Of a stretch of 64,000 nt of DNA, positions 37,901-44,312 are shown piece by piece. This stretch comes from an uncultured Verrucomicrobiota bacterium. GTDB lineage: Bacteria; Verrucomicrobiota; Verrucomicrobiia; Limisphaerales; UBA1319. Each line of letters opens with the position of its first letter. The first letter of the stretch is position 1. The stretch covers positions 4,930 through 68,929 of the forward strand of contig CAZIDG010000011.1 in NCBI GenBank assembly GCA_964538065.1, read 5' to 3'. The translations under genes were made by a program, and so were the position numbers. The notes under the pieces are model-generated. The model saw only the letters and a list, made by a program, of their open reading frames with translations. It had not been told where the DNA came from and ran no database searches.

Positions 37901-39946
37901 CGCTTCAACACCAGCCAGATTGAACAGCTTGAGCCCCACCGATTCGAACATCCCTTGTTCACCCCGATGGCCGTAATCGCCCTGTTGAATGCAGGCCCCC
38001 AAATTGATCTTCGACCACTTCGTCTTGTAGGCCTTTCCAAAATTGTCGTGTGGCTGGAAGTAATGCCCCCTGTTCATATCCAGTTTCCACATGTTCTTCC
38101 CCATCGAGTAACGCCACACGCCCCCACGCATCCGGTAACGAACATGATCATACACCTCCCCGTCATACACCAGCGTCCCCCACCACAAGTAATCGTCCCC
38201 GCCGTATTGTTGAATCCACGTGGCATTCTCCACGGAGGTCTTTTTGGAAATCAAATGATACACGGGAAGGCTGTTCATGATGTTGGTGTCGAATGTTTGG
38301 ACCGAGGTGATGCCGGGACGGGCTGCCCCCTTCCAGGCAGGCACGCCATCATACACCATATAAGCGAAGTTCGGCTGCGGATCATCCTGATAGGGTACAC
38401 GCACCGAGGTGCCCTGCTTGTCCTTGGCCGTGATTCTGTATCGGATTAGCCGCCGATGTTGCTGCACATCAGCAGGTATCGTCACCGTATAGACATCATC
38501 CCCCGCCACTTCATCCCCACCTGTGCCATCATCCGTCATGGCCAGTTTGATCCAATTGCTGTTGTAGGCAGCATCATTCAATTCGATATACGCACCTGGA
38601 CTGACAATCTGGTACTCCAGAACCACTTCCTGAACCCCCTCAGGATCAGTCACTTTTGCAGTGATCGGAACCGCCTGGCCTGATTGGGGTTGTTTGGGAT
38701 GATGCGCCACCTGGCGAATCTGAGGTGGAATCAACGTGGAATAGGATCCGTTGCGTTTCCCCGGCGTGGGCCCATGCACCAGCGTGTTGGTGACCACGAC
38801 ATAATTCGTATAGGAATCAATCTGAATGAGTTGGAGCGCCGCCAAACGCATGCCAAACACGACGTCGCTGCTCTGGTTGTTGCTTTGATGCACCTCAACC
38901 GACAAAAGATTGGAGCCCTGCACAAGATTATGTTCAGGCTTCAGCTCGAATGTAACCACCTCAGCCTCAGTTGCATTGCCCACATTGCGGCTGGCCGGTG
39001 TCTGGTAATTCACCACATCGTTCGTCTGCATGCCCAACCGTCCCAATTCCACCCCATTGATATAGAAGACAGCGCCGTCGTCGAGGAGGGTGGTGATTTC
39101 GAGGGCGCCTACGGAATCAGTCGTCACATCAAACCAGGTCCGGAAATAGAACGTCATCTGTTGCGGGCTGGTGTAGGTGAGCGGCGTTGTCTTGGCCCAA
39201 GGCAGGGTGGACTCTTCGCGATAGAAAAGCCCTGCTCCCTCCGGCCATGCCTGGTCCACATACGCAGGCTCTCTCCACGCGGTTCCCAGATCGTCTCCAC
39301 TCTGGTTGTACCGCCATGTCTTGGTTTCGGTAAACAACGGCACCTGGTTGGTCTGATATTCATTAACCACCACCTCATTGGTCACCACGCTCGAGGCCGA
39401 CCATGACCTCCAGCTCCCGCCTAAATTGTTGTCCAGGTTTGGATTAAGCAACTCGATGGAATAACCTGGCGCATCCCCCACGATCGGCCACGGGAAAGAC
39501 GCTCCGTATTCCACTTCATCCTCAATGACACCCTGGGCATTTCTCAAGACCACACGCTCCCCTTCGTTGGACAGATTTCCCTGATAGGGCCCCAAGGCAG
39601 AGGCTTGGAACTTCGTAGCGAGAAAAGTGGGGTTTTGCGCAACCACAAGGTATCGATCTGGCTGCAAAAGGGTTCCTGAGGCAAACGTATATTGGATGCC
39701 CGACGTAAAAGCCCATCCACTCATGTCCACCACATTGGTGCCATTATTGTATAACTCAACGAATCCGGCGGGCTCGGTCTTAACATCCGGGTGGTAGTGG
39801 ATTTCATTGATCACTATGTCCGCATGCACCAACGACATGGACCATAGAAAAAGCAAACATGCCACCTTCTCAGGGCAGTGTTTCATCGACATGGATCCTA
39901 AATTAAATCCAGCAAATAGGCTCGTGAGCATAGTGTTGAACTCCAT
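34967..39946 (-). CDS. Giant secreted protein 'D' (1659 aa): LTD + beta-rich modules + CotH kinase-like + LTD x3 + C-terminal [FY][FY]R[LVA] module
   Basis: Probable start ATG 39886 (MKHCPEKVACLLFLWSMSLVHA signal). LTD 'INEIHYHPD..FVELYNNGTNVVDMSGWAF'. CotH core 'VRYRMRGGVWRYSMGKNMWKLDM..GDFWGLYLAIEQ..KNYFYYLNP..HPWDLDLTWAD' (~37300-38300). Later LTDs 'ISELMYNP..EYIELVN', 'LNEVMAHTD..DWVELFNPSSEAVSLDHYYLSD', 'ISEFMYHP..EYVEIYNPTG'. Confidence 0.85.
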   Translation of the reverse strand: MEFNTMLTSLFAGFNLGSMSMKHCPEKVACLLFLWSMSLVHADIVINEIHYHPDVKTEPAGFVELYNNGTNVVDMSGWAFTSGIQYTFASGTLLQPDRYLVVAQNPTFLATKFQASALGPYQGNLSNEGERVVLRNAQGVIEDEVEYGASFPWPIVGDAPGYSIELLNPNLDNNLGGSWRSWSASSVVTNEVVVNEYQTNQVPLFTETKTWRYNQSGDDLGTAWREPAYVDQAWPEGAGLFYREESTLPWAKTTPLTYTSPQQMTFYFRTWFDVTTDSVGALEITTLLDDGAVFYINGVELGRLGMQTNDVVNYQTPASRNVGNATEAEVVTFELKPEHNLVQGSNLLSVEVHQSNNQSSDVVFGMRLAALQLIQIDSYTNYVVVTNTLVHGPTPGKRNGSYSTLIPPQIRQVAHHPKQPQSGQAVPITAKVTDPEGVQEVVLEYQIVSPGAYIELNDAAYNSNWIKLAMTDDGTGGDEVAGDDVYTVTIPADVQQHRRLIRYRITAKDKQGTSVRVPYQDDPQPNFAYMVYDGVPAWKGAARPGITSVQTFDTNIMNSLPVYHLISKKTSVENATWIQQYGGDDYLWWGTLVYDGEVYDHVRYRMRGGVWRYSMGKNMWKLDMNRGHYFQPHDNFGKAYKTKWSKINLGACIQQGDYGHRGEQGMFESVGLKLFNLAGVEAPYTHWIHYRIIDEADEASSTSQYTGDFWGLYLAIEQEDGKFLDEHGLPDGNLYKMDSGAYGWPYGDLNNQGPTAATDKSDLAAFVTQYSQTSPAPGDAWWRTNLDVNRYYNYQAIVQGIHHYDIGGGKNYFYYLNPTNGIWSEHPWDLDLTWADTMYDAGGQGADPFKNRLLTRTVFNLEYKNRVRELRDLLFNDEQAGQLIDEYAATIYTPAGGLSFVDADRAQWDYNPVMVSSYVNSSKAGQGRFYQFPYEPTVSKTFLGTIQLMKNYVKTRSTLLDNLASDAAIPGTPVITYEGPTNHPVNRLAFRTSAFSSSGGSFGGMKWRLAEITPASAPVRDPENPRKYEIETDWESQELAIFSQTMTIPAEEVKVGHTYRVRARMKDSAGRWSHWSAPVEFVAGETDMVAELQAHLRISELMYNPPAGTDYEYIELVNTSDAVTLDLSGVRFTQGVDYTFASGVSLPPGGHLLVVRAPVDNQFASFRSFYGLGTDTLIQGPYAGFLDNKGETITLKTSGNGTVITSFTYGDGRGWPVAADGTGHSLVADLSGNPDYPGAWRSSVLIKGSPGASEPPTPSGVVLNEVMAHTDYVDPANPGFDSNDWVELFNPSSEAVSLDHYYLSDDASVLNKWAIPSQVVPSHGHVVFDEVSGFHQYLTNGFGLSKAGDQVFLSYLPGNGQDRVVDAISFKGQDRLESIGRYPDGGAAWVSLLPSLGGSNGPVAIHLVISEFMYHPPMTDTNQTDNTVDEYVEIYNPTGTNVALVNDVGAWRVDGCISFSFPTNLVLPPGGVVLLVNFDPSDAILLNAFKERYALTNGDNLFLGPYGGKLANDSGRIAIEKPEAPDVPGDAVSWIIQDEVIYSDSAPWDGDADGLGAALRRIRLTSSGNLADNWKAATPTPGKVEMDAPLVLAAPRQAPGAPFVIRLNGPSGSQVILDCSTNLVDWSEVLKTNLPSGGVEVMDTNSLQNNALFYRARRP

Positions 39947-40025
39947 TTCTAAGCATTTCTTATTCCATGGTCAAACGCCTTTATGGAGCGACAAACTCTT
40001 TGTTTCGAATCATTTGACGGCAACT

Positions 40026-40048
40026 CCCCCCCCACCCCTCGTTTTTTT
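40026..40048. repeat. Homopolymer-rich tract C8-A-C4-TCG-T7 upstream of gene D
   Basis: CCCCCCCCACCCCTCGTTTTTTT read directly at 40026-40048, ~80-140 nt upstream of the candidate gene D starts. Confidence 0.9.
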
Positions 40049-40100
40049 AGGGCTTGCCCAGTTCGTGACCAACCCCCTCAGGCATGATCGGACCATGCAT

Positions 40101-40259
40101 TTATTGAAAAAAGTGTTTCGTTGGGGGGCCAAAGACCAGTTGGTGGCCTCGTTCGGTCAGGCAAGCCTCCTGCGGCTTGTGGATGGACAACTCTGCCTCC
40201 GTGGCGGCAACGTCGATGATCATGCCGCCGCCAAGGAATGGATCGCCCTTTTTTGCCAT
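40101..40259 (-). CDS. Candidate small ORF (52 aa), unannotated
   Basis: Below the ORF-track size cut-off. Sequence: ATG 40259..TAA 40101, MAKKGDPFLGGGMIIDVAATEAELSIHKPQEACLTERGHQLVFGPPTKHFFQ. It is preceded on the minus strand by GAGGA 8 nt upstream of the ATG. It lies in an otherwise empty 683-bp gap. I recognise no family. Confidence 0.25.
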   Translation of the reverse strand: MAKKGDPFLGGGMIIDVAATEAELSIHKPQEACLTERGHQLVFGPPTKHFFQ

Positions 40260-40382
40260 GAAGCCGTTCCTCGATGGGAAAAATCAAATACCTCCCCCAT
40301 GCAATGACAATGGGTTCAGGTCAAAGCCACCTGCTGAAGGACAACCCGTTCGGCATCACCGTTTTTCAGGCTACAGACGCGG

Positions 40383-40410
40383 CGGCGTCCGACTCTCATC
40401 GGCGTCCGAC
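40383..40410. repeat. 11-bp perfect direct repeat CGGCGTCCGAC x2 (6-bp spacer)
   Basis: CGGCGTCCGAC at 40383-40393 and 40400-40410, in the long intergenic region between the lipoprotein gene and gene D. Confidence 0.9.
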
Positions 40411-40629
40411 ATGTCCCTTTTGATTCCCTGTGTTTTAGGATGAATCCCCGGGGGGCGTCCCATGCGATATTACACTAAACGGATGAGGTTTCTGGAAAGA
40501 CCCATGGCCCATGCCCTGGGTGCCAGGATGGGCCGCTTGACTCATTTCGAGCCCCGTCCGATCCATCCCCCCATCCCTTCCGGATTTCAGCTTCTGCCTG
40601 AAGGACTTATTCAGAATTACCGGATGAAA

Positions 40630-40995
40630 TTACTGCACCTTGACGATCTTCAGGACACCGGTTTTGGGATTATAATCAAAACGCGATCCCGGAGGAAGCG
40701 GAGGGAGGCTGGGCAGGTACTTCTTGGTGACCAATTCATTCAAGTCCTTGGGGAATCGCTCCTCCTGGGCATTGAACATGTCGATGGCTTTAGTGATCGA
40801 GGCCAGATCCACGACCTTGTTGGCCGATTGCTGCGCCTTGAGCATGGTCCCCACATAATCCGACGGTGCATTGAGGGGATTTTCGCCCACCTTGGATACA
40901 TTGGTCGCGGCTGGTTTATTTTGCGTATCCTGCTTTTCTCCGCAGCCCATAATCAACGCTGACAAAACCAGCGAAGTAATATAGATCGCTTTCAT
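40630..40995 (-). CDS. Small lipoprotein with pseudopilin (GspG)-like C-terminal region
   Basis: Lipobox 'LSALIMGC'. The C-terminal 'ITKAIDMFNAQEERFPKDLNELVTKKYLPSLPPLPPGSRFDYNPKTG' follows the pattern of the type II secretion pseudopilin globular domain, but it lacks the prepilin N-terminus. Confidence 0.55.
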   Translation of the reverse strand: MKAIYITSLVLSALIMGCGEKQDTQNKPAATNVSKVGENPLNAPSDYVGTMLKAQQSANKVVDLASITKAIDMFNAQEERFPKDLNELVTKKYLPSLPPLPPGSRFDYNPKTGVLKIVKVQ

Positions 40996-41069
40996 AAAAT
41001 CAAATTACACCCCGTTTAAATAACAGCCAACTGTCCCGAGCCCATGATGTTCCCGGAACCCGTTTCCCA

Positions 41070-41861
41070 TCAATGAACCCACACGCGGTAGTAGGTCGCG
41101 GGCAGGGTCGCGGGATAAAAAGTGTCAACGCGATTCCCCGTACCCTGGATCGGCGATCCCACATCCTCCCAAACGGTATTATTGGTCGATTTCTGAATGG
41201 TATACATGCTGCCCAGAGTGGTATCGAACCAGACATTCACGGCCCGTTCCATATTAAGCACTACTGGTTCAGGCTCGACAGCATAGACCCGGAAATTCCG
41301 CAACACCCGTGGGGAATCCACGCTGCCAATGCCGTTGATCGATATCTGCACGGGCGTATGAACACCCACGTTGGTGGCTGCCGTACTGATCACCTGTCCA
41401 TCCGCACACACATAGGACAGCATCATATAGCCCTTCCGATACAGGAGGGAAAGCCGTCCCTGGTTGGTTGAGGCTGCCGGCAAACTGACCCAGTTGTTCG
41501 TTCCACCGATGGTACCGATGGAGATGCCGTCCATGCTCTCGGAGTCAAAACGCAAAATGGCACGCGGAGTTATGGAAGTAAGGGTGAAGTATACATCGTA
41601 CCAGGGTATGTTGAGGGTGCCGCTTTTTTCGACATCCACCTCCACCCGGATGTCCCCGCTAAAACTCTGGGTGGTCTGAAGCATGCACCGTCCAGTCATG
41701 ACAAGAGAACTGGATGTAAAGACCATGTTGGTCGAACCCGAAAAGACGAAGTTGGTGTCTGCCAATCCTGAGGAAAAATCGTCAGACAACAACAGCGTGT
41801 CCGCCTTGACTGACGGTACCACCAACAACGCTGCGACCACCGCCGCAAACAATGCTTTCAT
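41070..41861 (-). CDS. Secreted beta-rich protein (lectin/jelly-roll-like?) with the same C-terminal [FY][FY]R[LVA] module
   Basis: Signal peptide MKALFAAVVAALLVVPSVKA. The body is beta-strand-rich. The last ~57 aa, 'AVNVWFDTTLGSMYTIQKSTNNTVWEDVGSPIQGTGNRVDTFYPATLPATYYRVWVH', match the tails of A-D. Confidence 0.6.
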   Translation of the reverse strand: MKALFAAVVAALLVVPSVKADTLLLSDDFSSGLADTNFVFSGSTNMVFTSSSLVMTGRCMLQTTQSFSGDIRVEVDVEKSGTLNIPWYDVYFTLTSITPRAILRFDSESMDGISIGTIGGTNNWVSLPAASTNQGRLSLLYRKGYMMLSYVCADGQVISTAATNVGVHTPVQISINGIGSVDSPRVLRNFRVYAVEPEPVVLNMERAVNVWFDTTLGSMYTIQKSTNNTVWEDVGSPIQGTGNRVDTFYPATLPATYYRVWVH

Positions 41862-41906
41862 AGTATAAGAATGTCCACCGTATTGACGAGCGTGACCGAC
41901 CTGGCA

Positions 41907-44033
41907 TCAAGACCGCCGCCCACCTGTCAATTCATCGGCAAGCGAGTCAGCCTGATACACTTTGCGCAGAGCCTCGATAATGGCCTGGCAATTCACCGAA
42001 ACCGCCCGAGCCTGTGCTTCTGTATAAATAAAATCAAGCACAAGAGATTGTATGTTCCCGTCGAAAATGATGCCCACAAACTCCCCCCTGGCATTCACCA
42101 CGGGGCTCCCTGAATTTCCGCCGATGATGTCCGCCGTGGATACAAAGTTGAACGGAGTCTTCAGGTTGAGTGAACCTTTGCGCTCGATCCAGCTTTGGGG
42201 AAGATCAAAGGGCGGCTTCTGGCCATGTTCCCCGGCGCGTTGGTACAATCCCTCCAAGGTGGTTTGGTAGGGAATCTGCCCACCGTTCTCCTCATAGCCT
42301 TTAACGATCCCGTACGCCAGCCGAAGTGTGAACGTGGCATCGGGATAGGTCTGGGCCCCTTCAAGGGCAAACTTGGCCTTGGCGATCTGCGCATATGCCT
42401 GGCGCTTCAGTTCATCCTGGTTTTCCATGACCTTTCGAACAGCGCGTGCCGGAGCGTCGACCAGCCGAGCCAGCTCAATCATCGGATCCTTCGCCTCATC
42501 GATCGCCTGCTTGCCGCCTTCGTATAGAGCACGCCGTACCGATACCTGCTTCAGTTTGGTGCCCAGCACCAGTTCCTCAGCACGCGCCCGTGGCGACTTA
42601 CCCGCCAGAACTTTGCGCACCCATTCATGATCACCTCCGAGCTGTTCAGCCAGATAACTCAGGCTGTCAGCCAGCTTCAACATCTCGAAATCGTCGTAAA
42701 GAGGCTCTTCAGAAAACAACTCAAATTCGAGGGATTCCCGGGCAGAGTCCCGATACTCGCGCAGCCTCTCGCCATTCGGCTTGGACTTTTCATCGGCGGC
42801 CCTCAACAGGGTGCGTGCAATGCCAAATAAGGTGGAATTAAAACCATGCGCCGACTCAAACAAATTGTACTCCAATGCCCTGGGTCGAATCGCTTCCTGC
42901 ACGGACGCAATGCGATCCCAGGCCCCAGCGGCATCCTTCAATGCATCGTGACTCTCCACTGCCTTCCGGAGGGTCTCCTCTGTTTTTTGCTTTTGAACCA
43001 GCAATTGAGGATCCAGCAAACCAGCCAGAGTGCCTGTCCTCGCCTTGCGACTATTCTGAACCCCGAACAAGAGATCCTTGGCTCGTCGAGCATTCTCCTC
43101 GCTGCGGGCGCTATAGGCGCTTAACAGAACCTCCAGGCGATGCAGATACCTCAAGGCATAGGGAAACCGGACATCACGCTGGTACATCAGTTCCGCCATG
43201 GTCAGGGAACGGTCCGTATGGCCGGGATGACCGGATACGAAAATCAGTTCGTTTTCTGCAACCCCTTCCTTGCTCCACTTCAAATAGTGCTCAATTTTGG
43301 CGGGCTTGCCGTTTTCATAGGCACGGAACAGGCAGATATCGAGGTTGAAACGGGGATATTCGAAATTATCCGGATCACCACCAAAAAAGGCGGCCTGTTG
43401 TTCCGGGGCAAATACCAACCTCACATCCGTGTATTTCTTGAATCGATATAGATGGTATTGACCGCCCTGGTAGAGGGTCACCACATCACTGCGCAGGCCA
43501 GTCTTGTCGAGGGAATCCTTCTCGATTTCGGCCATCACAGCGCGTCGCGCGGCAAAGGCTTCCTCGGCGCTCATGCCCGGCTTGACCACGCCGTTGACCC
43601 TGGCGGTGACATCCTCAATGCTCATCAGCACATTGAGTTCGAGATCCAGACACCTTTTCTCCTCGGCCAATGTCCGGGCATAAAAGCCATCGCGCAGATA
43701 ATTATGCTGCTCATCGCCAAATTTCTGGAGACTGTCCGCCCCTACATGGTGATTGGATATGATCAAACCATCCTCGGAAACGAACGATCCCGATCCTCCG
43801 CTATTGAAGCGGACCGAGGCTTTCTGCAAATGCTCATACCAGGCATCAGGGGCTTCGAACTGATGCTGTTCCTTAAGCGATTTTCTGGGAGGATTGTTAT
43901 ACAGCCACATCCCCTCGTCCGCGTTAACCTGATTACTTATTACTGCCATGTTCATTGCACAGACCATTATCATCAACCACGTTGGGATTGCCATCCACTT
44001 CATTCCATGGGAGGCCTTGCCATTATTCTTCAT
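41907..44033 (-). CDS. S46 family serine peptidase (dipeptidyl-peptidase 7/11-like)
   Basis: 'ADEGMWLYNNPP', 'GGSGSFVSEDGLIISNHHV' (catalytic His region) and 'IIGGNSGSPVVNARGEFVGIIFDGN' (catalytic Ser region), with a long helical insertion typical of S46. Confidence 0.85.
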   Translation of the reverse strand: MKNNGKASHGMKWMAIPTWLMIMVCAMNMAVISNQVNADEGMWLYNNPPRKSLKEQHQFEAPDAWYEHLQKASVRFNSGGSGSFVSEDGLIISNHHVGADSLQKFGDEQHNYLRDGFYARTLAEEKRCLDLELNVLMSIEDVTARVNGVVKPGMSAEEAFAARRAVMAEIEKDSLDKTGLRSDVVTLYQGGQYHLYRFKKYTDVRLVFAPEQQAAFFGGDPDNFEYPRFNLDICLFRAYENGKPAKIEHYLKWSKEGVAENELIFVSGHPGHTDRSLTMAELMYQRDVRFPYALRYLHRLEVLLSAYSARSEENARRAKDLLFGVQNSRKARTGTLAGLLDPQLLVQKQKTEETLRKAVESHDALKDAAGAWDRIASVQEAIRPRALEYNLFESAHGFNSTLFGIARTLLRAADEKSKPNGERLREYRDSARESLEFELFSEEPLYDDFEMLKLADSLSYLAEQLGGDHEWVRKVLAGKSPRARAEELVLGTKLKQVSVRRALYEGGKQAIDEAKDPMIELARLVDAPARAVRKVMENQDELKRQAYAQIAKAKFALEGAQTYPDATFTLRLAYGIVKGYEENGGQIPYQTTLEGLYQRAGEHGQKPPFDLPQSWIERKGSLNLKTPFNFVSTADIIGGNSGSPVVNARGEFVGIIFDGNIQSLVLDFIYTEAQARAVSVNCQAIIEALRKVYQADSLADELTGGRRS

Positions 44034-44275
44034 CGTGCTTCCTGTCTGTTGAACTGCATTGCTTTATTTCCACACCATGAGTCCTCATTGCATGATTTAC
44101 CAGAATCGGGCACTCACTGTGGAACGTTAACCAAGCCAAATCCTTCACGTGGCGCCATGCTATGTATTTGCCCCACCGATGCAACCTCAATCCGGCATTT
44201 GTCCCAGGACATGGTCGTGCCTCTCGGCATGGCACCTGACATGGATCCACGCCTTGCCGGGTTCCCGAACCATGC

Positions 44276-44304
44276 TTGACACCCTTTTCTGGAAAAACCA
44301 TAAA
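44276..44304 (+). promoter_or_regulatory. Sigma70-like promoter candidate for the Gfo/Idh/MocA gene (possibly near-leaderless)
   Basis: TTGACA (44276-44281), a 17-nt spacer, then CATAAA (44299-44304). The ATG is at 44313, only 9 nt after the -10 element. Confidence 0.35.
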
Positions 44305-44312
44305 AACAGACA

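Noticed and set aside
23873-39946. PEP-CTERM / exosortase sorting signals at the C-termini of the LTD proteins, which would link them to the exosortase at 4430.
   Set aside because: The C-termini end in a soluble beta-type module ([FY][FY]R[LVA] plus 3-6 residues). They have no PEP-like motif, no terminal TM helix and no basic tail.
40462-40962. A 166-aa plus-strand ORF overlapping the lipoprotein gene region.
   Set aside because: It is antisense to the 121-aa lipoprotein ORF, which has a proper lipobox and a plausible fold pattern. The plus-strand translation is Arg/His/Gly-rich with no motifs.
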